Of a stretch of 64,000 nt of DNA, positions 37,544 to 47,122 are shown piece after piece. Every line of letters starts with the position of its first letter. Position 1 is the first letter of the stretch. The stretch comes from Candidatus Latescibacterota bacterium. Lineage in GTDB: Bacteria; Latescibacterota; UBA2968. The stretch is taken from the NCBI GenBank assembly GCA_965208125.1, contig OZ242320.1:2368001-2432000 (forward strand), given 5' to 3'. The notes below the pieces were generated by a model. It was given only the letters and a program-made list of their open reading frames with translations. It was not told where the DNA came from and did no database searches. The translations under genes and the position numbers were made by a program.

Positions 37544-40441
37544 ATGATGGATAAACGCGATACACATACGATTGATTCTACTGGTGGCTTTCAACAGATT
37601 CGAAATGCGTTAGACGCATTGCAGCGGAGCGAAGAGCGTCTAACACACGCGCTCGAAGCCGGTGGGATTGGTCTGTTTGATTGGGATATACAGAACGATC
37701 GCGCCGTGTGTACAGACCGGTATTTCGAAATTTTTGGTTTTCCCCCACGGGATACGATGGTCTCTGAGGCCGAGTGGTTGGCATGTATTCATCCAGATGA
37801 TCGCGATCGCGCACAGAGGGAGGTCAGGCAAACCCTTGGAGGACGCGCGCCTTATGACACGGAATATAGAATTATGCAGGCCAATGGCGAGGTGAGATGG
37901 GTCAGCAGCAAAGCCAAAGTGTTTTTTGATGCGGGTGAAGAAGTGCCGGTTCGCATGATTGGTGCGGTGGCCGATATTACCCGGCAAAAGCGAGCAGAAG
38001 GTGCGCTCGGCGAGCAGGTGACTTTTCAGAACGCGCTTATACAGGTCAGTCGCGCCGTGCAGCAGATGACGCGGCCAGAGCATCTCGAGGTGGTTGTTCG
38101 CGTGTGTAGAGAACAGTTGCTGGCTCTCGATGTATCCGTTGTCGCCATTGCCGTGCATCGATTGCTCGATCCCAAGACGCGTACTTTTGAAACGCACGAG
38201 GTGATGCCTTCGGGGGAGATCAATCGCATGGTGCGCCAGGTGCCGAATGTTTACCGGATGTGGCAACAGCAAAAAACAATTTACCGCGAGAATCTCGTAG
38301 AAAATATGGGGGGGTTGTCACAGGTGGGTTTCAAGGCCATAGCTGCGCGATACGGGGTTGAGGTGCGGTGTATTCTCGATATTCCCCATGTGCGGGGCAC
38401 AATGGCTTTGATGAGTGATACTATTTCTGCTTTTTCAGAGGCTGAGGTTTTGTTTTTGGAAAGCATTGCAGAACAGGTCTCGATGGGTATTACCCGTTTA
38501 GATGACCTCGAGCGCCTTGAGGCGCAGAACAAAGAGCTTGAAAATGCCCGTATAGCAGCCGAAGCAGCAAATCAGGCCAAGAGCCAATTTTTGGCCAATA
38601 TGAGCCACGAGATTCGCACGCCGATGAACGGCATTATGGGGATGATCGAGTTGCTGGGCAATACCGAGTTGACTGAGCGGCAAAAGGAATACGCCGATCT
38701 CGCTTATAATTCGGCAGATACGTTGCTCGTATTGCTCAACGATATTCTCGATCTGTCCAAGGTGGAGGCTGGCAAGCTCGAATTGGAAAGCCTTCCGTTC
38801 GCGCTGAGAGATACGCTTGGCGATACGTTGCAAACACTGGCTGTTCGGGCGAGTGAGAAGGCGCTTGAGTTGACCTATCGGATTGCGCCAGAGGTCCCCG
38901 ACGACCTGATAGGGGATCCCATTCGCCTGAGACAGGTCGTCGTCAATCTGGTGGGCAATGCCATCAAGTTTACGGATCGAGGGGGTGTGGATATCGATGT
39001 TGACCTGATAGAGGTGCGCGAGGAGGATGCAAAACTGCGTTTTGAGGTGCGCGATACGGGTATTGGTATTCCAGTACAGGTACAACAGCAGATATTTAGC
39101 GCGTTTGATCAGGCAGACAGTTCCACGACGCGGCAATATGGCGGCACGGGGCTTGGTTTGACTATTTCTGCCCAATTGGTCGAGCTGATGGGTGGAAAAC
39201 TCGATGTGAAAAGCGAGCCGGACAAGGGCAGTGTTTTCTTTTTTGAAGCCAATTTTTCGCGTCGCACCAGCGGTGTGTTGTACCGGGATGTTTTGCCCGA
39301 TACATTGCACGGTATGCCCGTATTGGTCGTTGATGATAACAATACCAATCGGGTGATTTTTGAAGAGATGTTGTCCTGCCATGGTTTGAAACCCGCTCTG
39401 GCTGAGAATGGTCAGATAGCATTGGAAGAGTTGTTGCGCGCACAACAGGCGGGTAGTCCATATCCACTGGTTCTGCTCGACGCGGAAATGCCCGTTATGG
39501 ACGGTTACGCGCTCGCCAGGCAGATTGCCGGTGACGCAACGCTGAAATACACGCGCGTGGTGGTGTTGACTTCTGCTGGCCGCCCGGAGGTGGCTGCTAC
39601 CAGCGAAATGCTGGCCGGACATCTGTCCAAACCCATCAAGCAATCCGATCTTTTTAATTTGATCGCTGACATATTTGAGGAATCTGCGTCAGATGCTTTG
39701 GGGGTAGATGATGTTATAACTGAGAAGACGCAAAAATCTCTGCGCATATTATTGGCCGAAGACGGTCTGGTCAACCAGCGCGTTGCCATTGATATGTTGC
39801 ACCAGCGCGGTCACACAATCGTTGTGGCAAATAATGGTGTGGAGGCTCTGGAAGCACTTGATAAAGACGATTCATTTGATCTGGTGTTAATGGATGTACA
39901 AATGCCCGAACTGGATGGTCTTGAAGCCACCAAAGAAATTCGCAAGCGAGAAAAGGAATCGGGAGGGCATATTCGAATTGTTGCGATGACGGCCGATGTA
40001 ATGAAGGGCGACCGCGAGCTTTGCATAGCGGCTGGCATGGATGGGTTTGTCGCCAAACCACTTCGATCTCGCCTCCTTTACGATGCGGTAGAAGCGACGG
40101 GGCCCGCCGGGCAGCAGACGCTCAATTGGGAGGCTTCATTGCAACATGTTGGCGGGAATGTGGCGCTACTCGTGCGGCTATCCGAGATGTTTTTAGAGAC
40201 GAGGGGCGATTTGATAGGCCTTCTTGACGACACAGAAACGCTTCGCCAGGGGGCGCGTGAATTAAAAGAAAATGCCGAATTGTTTTACGCGGATGACGCG
40301 AGGGAGGTTGCCGTGAAGATTGAAGCGTTGGCAAAGGATGAAAATTGGTCAGGTGCTAAGCGCCTTGTGGCAGATTTGAGAGCGCATGTGGAATCTCTTG
40401 CAGCCGAGCTTGAGGTGCAAGGAGATTTGGGTCACAAATAG
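37544..40441 (+). CDS. Hybrid histidine kinase (PAS-GAF-like-HisKA-HATPase-REC-REC-degenerate Hpt)
   Basis: [41 protein letters not shown], two REC domains (LLDAEMP, LMDVQMP). Confidence 0.95.
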   Translation: MMDKRDTHTIDSTGGFQQIRNALDALQRSEERLTHALEAGGIGLFDWDIQNDRAVCTDRYFEIFGFPPRDTMVSEAEWLACIHPDDRDRAQREVRQTLGGRAPYDTEYRIMQANGEVRWVSSKAKVFFDAGEEVPVRMIGAVADITRQKRAEGALGEQVTFQNALIQVSRAVQQMTRPEHLEVVVRVCREQLLALDVSVVAIAVHRLLDPKTRTFETHEVMPSGEINRMVRQVPNVYRMWQQQKTIYRENLVENMGGLSQVGFKAIAARYGVEVRCILDIPHVRGTMALMSDTISAFSEAEVLFLESIAEQVSMGITRLDDLERLEAQNKELENARIAAEAANQAKSQFLANMSHEIRTPMNGIMGMIELLGNTELTERQKEYADLAYNSADTLLVLLNDILDLSKVEAGKLELESLPFALRDTLGDTLQTLAVRASEKALELTYRIAPEVPDDLIGDPIRLRQVVVNLVGNAIKFTDRGGVDIDVDLIEVREEDAKLRFEVRDTGIGIPVQVQQQIFSAFDQADSSTTRQYGGTGLGLTISAQLVELMGGKLDVKSEPDKGSVFFFEANFSRRTSGVLYRDVLPDTLHGMPVLVVDDNNTNRVIFEEMLSCHGLKPALAENGQIALEELLRAQQAGSPYPLVLLDAEMPVMDGYALARQIAGDATLKYTRVVVLTSAGRPEVAATSEMLAGHLSKPIKQSDLFNLIADIFEESASDALGVDDVITEKTQKSLRILLAEDGLVNQRVAIDMLHQRGHTIVVANNGVEALEALDKDDSFDLVLMDVQMPELDGLEATKEIRKREKESGGHIRIVAMTADVMKGDRELCIAAGMDGFVAKPLRSRLLYDAVEATGPAGQQTLNWEASLQHVGGNVALLVRLSEMFLETRGDLIGLLDDTETLRQGARELKENAELFYADDAREVAVKIEALAKDENWSGAKRLVADLRAHVESLAAELEVQGDLGHK

Positions 40442-40454
40442 GAAGGAAAACAAG

Positions 40455-40799
40455 ATGGCTTTTGAAGAAACAATGCAGGGGAATATTCGCATTATAAAGC
40501 TCGACGGTCAGGTGACAGACCGCGAGATGTCGGCGTTGGCCGATTATGTAACTGAATTTCTCGAAGAGAATAATGGGATGAAAGTGGTTCTGGATTTGGG
40601 ACAGGTGCGGTGGTTAAACAGCATGGCATTTGGGGTTTTGACCGCGCTTTTGCAGCGTTTGCGCAAGGCCAATGGCGATTTGAAACTCGCCAATGCCCAC
40701 GATCATGTGATCAGTGTTTTTGTGCAGACGCAGTTGATTAAAATTTTTGATCTACACAATTCCGTAGATGAGGCTGTTGCGGCATTTCAGGCGGCGTGA
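40455..40799 (+). CDS. STAS-domain anti-sigma factor antagonist
   Basis: VVLDLGQVRWLNSMAFGVL, GDLKLAN, FDLHNSVDEA; RBS GGAAGG before ATG 40455. Confidence 0.88.
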   Translation: MAFEETMQGNIRIIKLDGQVTDREMSALADYVTEFLEENNGMKVVLDLGQVRWLNSMAFGVLTALLQRLRKANGDLKLANAHDHVISVFVQTQLIKIFDLHNSVDEAVAAFQAA

Positions 40800-40849
40800 A
40801 TCTTTTTCTTGCCTGAGAATGAAATTGTGGTATTTTTTTAGACAGCAAA

Positions 40850-40928
<79 letters not shown>

Positions 40929-40935
40929 AAATCAG

Positions 40936-40970
40936 AAAGCCCGTCAATCGGTGGTGATCGACGGGCTTTT
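40936..40970 (+). terminator. tRNA terminator (AGCCCGTYRAT family)
   Basis: aaagcccgtcaatc-ggtggt-gatcgacgggctttt. Confidence 0.8.
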
Positions 40971-40973
40971 GTT

Positions 40974-41053
40974 TGAAGTTGCCCCGTTTTGATGGAGTAT
41001 TTAGGGCTTGGGTTCAAGCCTGCGAAGGTACCCGCCGAAACGGATCAAGTCCA
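40974..41053. mobile_element. Miniature element E1 (type A) with IS3-like terminal inverted repeats, 80 bp
   Basis: TGAAGTTGCCCCGTTTTGATGGAGTA ... GTACCCGCCGAAACGGATCAAGTCCA. Confidence 0.7.
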
Positions 41054-41164
41054 AAATTAGGATCAGAAAATGACCAAGAAAAACCCAAAAGAAAAAAGAG
41101 ACCCATTAGTGCAGTCTCTGGTGTGGTAATTGTTGCCAAAATAGCGACTCGACAAATCAAAAAA

Positions 41165-41710
41165 TCATCTCAGAAGTAATTTTACTTCTGGATACTTTCC
41201 TTTTTCCCTCCAAAGCACATTGTTCTGGTGCGACATTAGAATTAACTCCTGTCCATCCGAAAATATCCAGCTTGATGCAAAATCCCCTCTGTTTATTCCA
41301 TCGCTGGCATGATCAAACTTTATAGTGCTATGTGGTGGACCTATATCTTTTTCAAATACGATGGAGTATTTTTCAAAAACTCCAAAGCATGCGGCCTTTC
41401 CTCTGCACAATAAAAATTCTCCATCGCGTTTTAAATCAGACAATACAATGCCCATAGAAGAATCGTGCAGAAAATATGGCTCTGATGGTTTCTGATATAC
41501 TGGTTTAGTATATTCGGAAGAAGAGGAATCATAAGAGATAGACGAATACCTTTGTGATCTATCAATCCAATAATCCAGAGCAATCAAAACTATTATGCCC
41601 AAGACACATAAAAAACCAAACAACTTCTGTTTCCATTCAACATGATATTGTTTTTCCTTGGTATGGCCCGACTTTTTTCCTTCATTGGAACTTGTATCGC
41701 GCGAACTCAT
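41165..41710 (-). CDS. AT-rich hypothetical single-TM protein
   Basis: 181-aa ORF with TM segment LFGFLCVLGIIVLIAL; RBS AGGA. Confidence 0.65.
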   Translation of the reverse strand: MSSRDTSSNEGKKSGHTKEKQYHVEWKQKLFGFLCVLGIIVLIALDYWIDRSQRYSSISYDSSSSEYTKPVYQKPSEPYFLHDSSMGIVLSDLKRDGEFLLCRGKAACFGVFEKYSIVFEKDIGPPHSTIKFDHASDGINRGDFASSWIFSDGQELILMSHQNNVLWREKGKYPEVKLLLR

Positions 41711-42116
41711 GGGTAGTTTCCTTTGTTTCGCAGATGCAGACCGTGTGCTTTTTCCAAGTGACTTTGGTGAGTCTTACTGGATAAGCACACGATCTTTTAT
41801 TAGTAATGCTATAAAGCTAAATTGTCATAATGATATGTCAAGTTAAATTTGGGTAGTGTCTCAGTTTGAAATTTCAGGGCATATCTGCCTTTAGACTGGA
41901 TAGCCTAAAAACCGCATCTTTGTGCAATGCAGATAGGCTATCAAAAGCAGATTTGATTCTCGCAAGGTCGCTTTTCATTTCCCCATTCTCATCATGTGGT
42001 CCGCCAATTTATTACTCATTTCTGGATATTTGGACTCGCGGTATCTGACACCATCGGCAATTATTTCTGCCACCCGCGCGGCTTATTCTGCCCTCGTTTT
42101 TTGAAGTTCCTTCAGA

Positions 42117-42234
42117 TGAAATTATCCCGCTTGAGTGGATAGTGTAGAAGTTTCAATCCCATCATCCTGTGCCATTGGTTTTTCATTGGTGATGAGTGAT
42201 TTATGATGTTATCCATCAAAATGGGTCAAGTCCA
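42117..42234. mobile_element. Miniature element E2 (type B) with IS3-like terminal inverted repeats, 118 bp
   Basis: TGAAATTATCCCGCTTGAGTGGATAG ... GTTATCCATCAAAATGGGTCAAGTCCA. Confidence 0.65.
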
Positions 42235-42371
42235 ATCAAACAAATACTTGAACATAGTCATAAAAGGCTTTATAGTGCGCGTTTCCTGAAATTGATGGAC
42301 AAACATGATGGTACTCCCTATTCCATACGATTTGAGTTGTTTACCTGAAAATAAAAAAGGAGAAAAATAAA

Positions 42372-43355
42372 ATGGCTGACGTACACTATTTCCCGCGTTA
42401 CACACAACGCGAAAATTTTGTAACCAACAATACCTTGTTGCTGTTCCAGCGATTATACGACTACAATCTGCGAAAATTCGGTAAATTCCTAATGGAACTC
42501 AACGAGGACCTCGATTCGTTTTCAGGTCTTTTGGGATTACACATAAACCAGCAAATAAGAACCGGGAACAGCGTACCGGATGGCTTTATCGTCCAGCATC
42601 CGTTAAAAATTGTTATCGAAACAAAAATACATGAAGGGTTCGACGGATCCCAACTTCGTCGGCACTTGAACACGAACCAGGAACATCCCGATCTGGTCTT
42701 GATGTTGTTAAGCCCTCGGGGAGAACCAAGCGAGAAACTGGTCGCAAGCCTGCGGAATGATAAGGCAAAGATTGTTGTTACTTCATTTCGAGATATAATT
42801 GGTGCTGCCAGGAGGTGTTTATCAGAACACGATGAAGATATGAATGCCCTTGTAGATGATTACGAAGCATTTTGTAGCGAGTCTAAGTTGCTACCTCGGG
42901 ACGATTATACGCTATTCATCCCCCCTTGTGGTGAATCGTATGAGGTGAACGCTCGACTAAAACTCTATTGGTGTCCGGACCACCGAAATATAAGAAAGTC
43001 AAAATATCTGGGTATCTACACCAGTAAAGCAGTGCGGCATATTGGCCGTATAAGGGAGGTGGTCAGTTGCTACTTGAACGAGGATGGAACGCTGAATGTC
43101 ATTGAGGGAGAGCCTAACAGCGACGAGCAAGAGCGAATCAAGATGGCTATGCAAGAAGGAGGGGTTAGCCAAGGTCATAAATTCTTTTTGTGTTCTGAAA
43201 TGGAGGAGACATTTTTTCAGAAGCAGACGAAAGGGGGAATGCAAAGGCATCGCTACTTTGACCTGGGGGCAGATGTGCTTGAGGGAGATGAAAATGTACC
43301 GAATAGTCTTGCGAAACTCGCGGAGGAGCTCAAGAAAATCCCTTGGCCATTCTGA
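42372..43355 (+). CDS. Hypothetical protein with PD-(D/E)xK nuclease-like N-terminus
   Basis: QRENFVTN..SVPDGFI..IVIETK; strong RBS AAGGAG; A-rich composition unlike the flanking core genes. Confidence 0.65.
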   Translation: MADVHYFPRYTQRENFVTNNTLLLFQRLYDYNLRKFGKFLMELNEDLDSFSGLLGLHINQQIRTGNSVPDGFIVQHPLKIVIETKIHEGFDGSQLRRHLNTNQEHPDLVLMLLSPRGEPSEKLVASLRNDKAKIVVTSFRDIIGAARRCLSEHDEDMNALVDDYEAFCSESKLLPRDDYTLFIPPCGESYEVNARLKLYWCPDHRNIRKSKYLGIYTSKAVRHIGRIREVVSCYLNEDGTLNVIEGEPNSDEQERIKMAMQEGGVSQGHKFFLCSEMEETFFQKQTKGGMQRHRYFDLGADVLEGDENVPNSLAKLAEELKKIPWPF

Positions 43356-43399
43356 TACAGGAAGTTCAGGTTAGTTGCGACTTTTAAGGAGGTATAAAT

Positions 43400-43543
43400 A
43401 TGATTGAGAACTGCGAAAAGTATAAAAGATTCATCAAAGCAGGTGGTGTTGGCTCAAGAGACAAAGTTGCTGATTCAATAAAGTCTTATGTGTCATATTT
43501 GAACAGCGTGTCAAGGCATTTGGATGGAGTTCCCCCGCTTTGA
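43400..43543 (+). pseudogene. ORF truncated by element E3
   Basis: RBS AAGGAGG + ATG 43400; frame open for 41 codons (MIENCEKYKRFIK..SRHL), then enters E3 at 43525 and stops. Confidence 0.6.
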
Positions 43544-43616
43544 TGGAGTATTTAGGGCTTGGATTGATGCAGCTTTCTAACTACTGGTAAGTACCCACCG
43601 AAAAGGGGCAACTCCA
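43525..43616. mobile_element. Miniature element E3 (type A) with IS3-like terminal inverted repeats, 92 bp
   Basis: TGGAGTTCCCCCGCTTTGATGGAGTATTTA ... TAAGTACCCACCGAAAAGGGGCAACTCCA; shares TTTGATGGAGTATTTAGGGCTTGG with E1. Confidence 0.75.
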
Positions 43617-43646
43617 ACTTTGCTCAAGAATAAAATTTGTTGACTT

Positions 43647-43666
43647 TGTTCTTAAATTTGAGAACA
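43647..43666. promoter_or_regulatory. Palindromic operator upstream of the TA operon
   Basis: TGTTCTTAAA-TTTGAGAACA directly after TTGACT. Confidence 0.6.
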
Positions 43667-43711
43667 TTAAAATAAATATAGAAAGCTTCACTCAGGAAAT
43701 AACGATACTCA

Positions 43712-44089
43712 ATGCCGGAAATCCAGGTCATATTCTATCAAGAAACGAATGGAAACGTTCCAGTTCTCGCATGGCTTGATACACTCCTTCCTAAAGTCAA
43801 AGCCAAATGCATCGTGAAAATTGAACGACTCCAAAAATTAGGTCATGAACTTCGGAGGCCCGAATCTGATTACTTGAGAGACGACATCTATGAGCTTCGC
43901 ATCGCTTATCGCGGCATTCAATATCGGCTTCTTTACTTTTTTTGGGGACGTAATGCCACTGTGATCTCACACGGTATTGTTAAAGAACAGCGCGTGCCTT
44001 CCACAGAAATTAACCTCGCAATTCAAAGAAAAAGAAACTTTGAACAGAACCCCGGGCGACACACCTATTCGCTGGAGAATGATTCATGA
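43712..44089 (+). CDS. Type II TA toxin, RelE/HigB (Gp49-like) family
   Basis: LRRPESDYLRDDIYELR..YRLLYFF..HGIVK; toxin-first order overlapping an HTH gene. Confidence 0.85.
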   Translation: MPEIQVIFYQETNGNVPVLAWLDTLLPKVKAKCIVKIERLQKLGHELRRPESDYLRDDIYELRIAYRGIQYRLLYFFWGRNATVISHGIVKEQRVPSTEINLAIQRKRNFEQNPGRHTYSLENDS

Positions 44090-44409
44090 AAACACAAAAG
44101 ACTACCGATGCCGTAGCGATTCTTCACAAACGCTATGTTGAAGGCGACCAGGAAATGGAAGCCCTGTTAAAAAGAGAAAGAATACACGCCGAAGTTGCTG
44201 CCCAACTCTACCAGATCAGAATCGAGTCTGGACTGTCCCAACGAGAATTGGCAAAAAAGGTTGGGACATCGGCATCTGTCATCTGCAGACTTGAAAATGC
44301 AGACTACGAAGGACACTCACTTGCTATGCTACGGCGAATCGCCGCCGCTTTACATAAACAGATTCGAATTTCTTTTCATCCTCTGCAAGAAACAGTATCG
44401 TCTCGCTAA
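44086..44409 (+). CDS. XRE-family HTH antitoxin (HigA-like)
   Basis: GLSQRELAKKVGTSASVICRLE..SLAMLRRIAAAL. Confidence 0.88.
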   Translation: MKTQKTTDAVAILHKRYVEGDQEMEALLKRERIHAEVAAQLYQIRIESGLSQRELAKKVGTSASVICRLENADYEGHSLAMLRRIAAALHKQIRISFHPLQETVSSR

Positions 44410-44414
44410 ATATC

Positions 44415-44489
44415 TGGACTTGACTCGTTTTAGTGGATAGTGCGGAAAGCACTCTTTATGCTGTTATACACCAAAACGAGTCGAGTCTA
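44415..44489. mobile_element. Miniature element E4 (type B) with IS3-like terminal inverted repeats, 75 bp
   Basis: TGGACTTGACTCGTTTTAGTGGATAG ... CTGTTATACACCAAAACGAGTCGAGTCTA; shares GTGGATAGTG and TTTATGnTGTTAT with E2. Confidence 0.7.
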
Positions 44490-44519
44490 AGGTTAAAGAG
44501 ATATTATCGTCTATTTTAC

Positions 44520-46403
44520 TCACCTATCCAGTCCTGATGGCGCAACCTGCTCAGGACAGGCACTTTTTGCTCCTCGACCATTTTCCAATGGCAATGTCAG
44601 TCCAAATGTCGATCCCTTGCCCTGTTCGCTTTCGACATAGACCCGCTCGCCGTGTGCATCCATGATGTGCCGAACAATGGACAAGCCCAGGCCCGTCCCG
44701 CCCATTGCCCGTGAGCGCCCTTTATCGACCCGGTAAAATCGCTCAAAAATGCGATCCATATCTGACAGTGGAACCCCAATACCCGTGTCCTTTACTTCAA
44801 GTGCAATACGGCGCGTGCGGGTCTGATTTTCAATTCCCTCGGGTCTATTGCGACGGTTTTCTCGATCATTTTCCACAGGCTTGAAATCTCGCGTCTGAAT
44901 CCAGATTTTACCCTCTTCAGGCGTGTATTTTACGGCGTTGTCGAGCAAATTGAACAATGCCTGTTCAATGAGCTTGTGATCGCACTGCACCTGCACATTT
45001 TTTTTCGTGTTTATCTCGATGGTAAGGTTTTTTTCTTTTGCCAGTGGGCGTATTTGTCCAACGACGGAATTGATCATCTCATGTAGGGGATAAACGCCTG
45101 TCTCAAGAGGTAGCGCGCCGGATTCTATACGCGACAAATCCAGAATATCTTCTACCAGATTGTGCAAGCGATCCGCATGGGTGTTGATCATTTTTACGAA
45201 TCGCTGTGAGGCTTCCCGGTCGTCTAAGGCGCCGTCTGCCAGCGTGGATGCACATCCTTTAATGGTTGTAAGCGGGGTGCGCAATTCATGGGAAACATTG
45301 GCGACAAAATCTTTGCGAATGCGCTCCAGACGGCGCAATTCCGTGATGTCGTAAAAAATAGTTACAGAACCCGCGATATGATCATCTTGCAAAATAGGTG
45401 CAATCTGTACATCGAAATGGCGTTCTCGGTCGTCTGAGCGGATGAGATCTAAAAATACCGCTTGTCCGGTTTTCAGGGTTTGATCAATTGCATTTTGCAC
45501 ATCCCGATGGCGCACAAGCTCAATGGGCATGCGCCCTTCAATGGCGTCAGACACCCCAAATAGCTTTTCAAATGTCTGATTGCCCATCAGGATGCGCCCA
45601 CTCTGGTCCGTGACCAGAATGGCTTCTGTAATGCTCGTCAAGACGGCTTCTAAACGCGATTTTTCAAGTGTGATTTGTCCGATGTGCGTCTGGACCTGCC
45701 GACGCATGTCGTCTAATGCTGTGCCCAAATCGCGCAATTCTCGCGTGGATCTAACGCGGAGTGTGGGGTGTTTTAATCGTCCCGAAGCAATGTTTTGGAC
45801 GAACCAGATGGCATCTAAAATCGGACGCGAGATATATCGCGAGGTGGCATAAGCCAATAACAGGGCGAGGCATAATCCCAGTATGGATACTATCCATATC
45901 GCCTGTGAAATCAATTGTTTTATATGCGCCATCTCGCGCAAGGGCAGGGCCAATCTCAGGACATAATGTCCATCGCCAATTTCAGGTACTGCCGTTGCGA
46001 CATATAATATTTCGGTATCCAGTGTGTTGCTATAACGCAAGCTACTTCCCCGCCCCTGTTGACGTGCCGCGCTGATTTCTGGATGATCGGTGTGATTCTC
46101 CAGAGCGCTCAGATCGGATGGATCGGTTTCCGAATCGGCCAATACGCGTCCCTGGCTGTTGATCAGCGTTGCACGCACGCCAAAACGCAATCCCACTTCG
46201 TTGATAAGTGGAATGAGTCTCTCGTCGGTATTTGCCACCTCGCTGAGATGCACGCGGGCAAAACGCACCTCGCGCAAAAGTCTCTGCTCGAGATGAGAAA
46301 CCCAAAAGTCGCGTATGGCGCGATCCAGATATAGATGTGCAGATGCCAGTACCAGTACCAGTACAGAAAGACAGGCGAGCATCCATTTCCAGTGCAAACG
46401 CAT
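44520..46403 (-). CDS. phoR: PhoR-like membrane sensor histidine kinase
   Basis: Two TMs, HAMP, PAS, DFVANVSHELRTPLT, FERFYRVDKGRSR; start ATG 46403 right after the phoB-like stop. Confidence 0.8.
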   Translation of the reverse strand: MRLHWKWMLACLSVLVLVLASAHLYLDRAIRDFWVSHLEQRLLREVRFARVHLSEVANTDERLIPLINEVGLRFGVRATLINSQGRVLADSETDPSDLSALENHTDHPEISAARQQGRGSSLRYSNTLDTEILYVATAVPEIGDGHYVLRLALPLREMAHIKQLISQAIWIVSILGLCLALLLAYATSRYISRPILDAIWFVQNIASGRLKHPTLRVRSTRELRDLGTALDDMRRQVQTHIGQITLEKSRLEAVLTSITEAILVTDQSGRILMGNQTFEKLFGVSDAIEGRMPIELVRHRDVQNAIDQTLKTGQAVFLDLIRSDDRERHFDVQIAPILQDDHIAGSVTIFYDITELRRLERIRKDFVANVSHELRTPLTTIKGCASTLADGALDDREASQRFVKMINTHADRLHNLVEDILDLSRIESGALPLETGVYPLHEMINSVVGQIRPLAKEKNLTIEINTKKNVQVQCDHKLIEQALFNLLDNAVKYTPEEGKIWIQTRDFKPVENDRENRRNRPEGIENQTRTRRIALEVKDTGIGVPLSDMDRIFERFYRVDKGRSRAMGGTGLGLSIVRHIMDAHGERVYVESEQGKGSTFGLTLPLENGRGAKSACPEQVAPSGLDR

Positions 46404-46404
46404 T

Positions 46405-47097
46405 CTATGCTCTTTCTCGACGGAAGCGATAGCCCACGCCCCGCACGGTTTCAATCCATTCGCCTGACTCACCGAGTTTTTCGCGCAACCGCCTGATGTG
46501 TGTATCGACCGTGCGCCCATAGCCGCTGTATTCATACCCCCATACTGTGTCGAGTAAGTCGTCGCGCGTTTGCACGCGCCCGCGGCGTTCGATCAGGGTC
46601 AGGAGCAACTTAAATTCCGTGCCCGTCAATTCCAATGGGTCACCGTCTAACAGAGCCTGATGTGCGGCTTTATCGATAGATATCGGTCCCGTATGTAGCC
46701 AGGCATCAGTGGTCGATTGCGAACTGTCCTGACTGCGCCGCAGAATCGCCTGCGCCCGCAAGACGAGTTCGCGCGGGGAAAAGGGTTTGACAACGTAGTC
46801 ATCGGCTCCTAATTCCAATCCCACAATGCGATCTACTTCCTCTTTGCGCGCGGTCAACATCAAGATGGGTATGTGACGGGTTCGAGCATCTTGTTTTAAT
46901 TGCCGGCACATATCCAGTCCGTCGATGCCCGGCAGCATCAGGTCCAGTATGATCAAATCTGGCAGAACCTCCTGAACGCTCTGGAGAGCACGCTCGGCAT
47001 CTTCTGCTGTTTCAACATCTAACCCAGCCTGATCGAGGTTGTAGCGCACCATTTCCAAAATATCAGGTTCGTCTTCAACCACCAGAATTTTGTTCAT
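46405..47097 (-). CDS. phoB: PhoB/OmpR-family response regulator
   Basis: ILVVEDE, LDLMLPG, GADDYVVKPFSPREL, RTVDTHIRRLREKL, TVRGVGYRF. Confidence 0.8.
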   Translation of the reverse strand: MNKILVVEDEPDILEMVRYNLDQAGLDVETAEDAERALQSVQEVLPDLIILDLMLPGIDGLDMCRQLKQDARTRHIPILMLTARKEEVDRIVGLELGADDYVVKPFSPRELVLRAQAILRRSQDSSQSTTDAWLHTGPISIDKAAHQALLDGDPLELTGTEFKLLLTLIERRGRVQTRDDLLDTVWGYEYSGYGRTVDTHIRRLREKLGESGEWIETVRGVGYRFRRERA

Positions 47098-47122
47098 TTT
47101 AATCTCCTGAACGGTGGTCAAA

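Noticed and set aside
41820-41848. dif/Xer-like site AATTGTCATAA-TGATATG-TCAAGTTAAAT
   Set aside because: It has a 7-bp spacer and two mismatches in the XerD-like arm. The same bases read as TTGACA..TAGCTT on the minus strand, a plausible promoter for the 41710 gene.
41851-41875. GGGTAGTGTCTCAGTTTGAAAT as a possible mobile-element end
   Set aside because: Single copy with no partner end or transposase in the window; cannot be supported without a search.
40974-44489. Integron attC array or CRISPR array
   Set aside because: The elements lack RYYYAAC/GTTRRRY boundaries, there is no intI, the repeats are non-identical and kb-spaced, and there are no cas genes.
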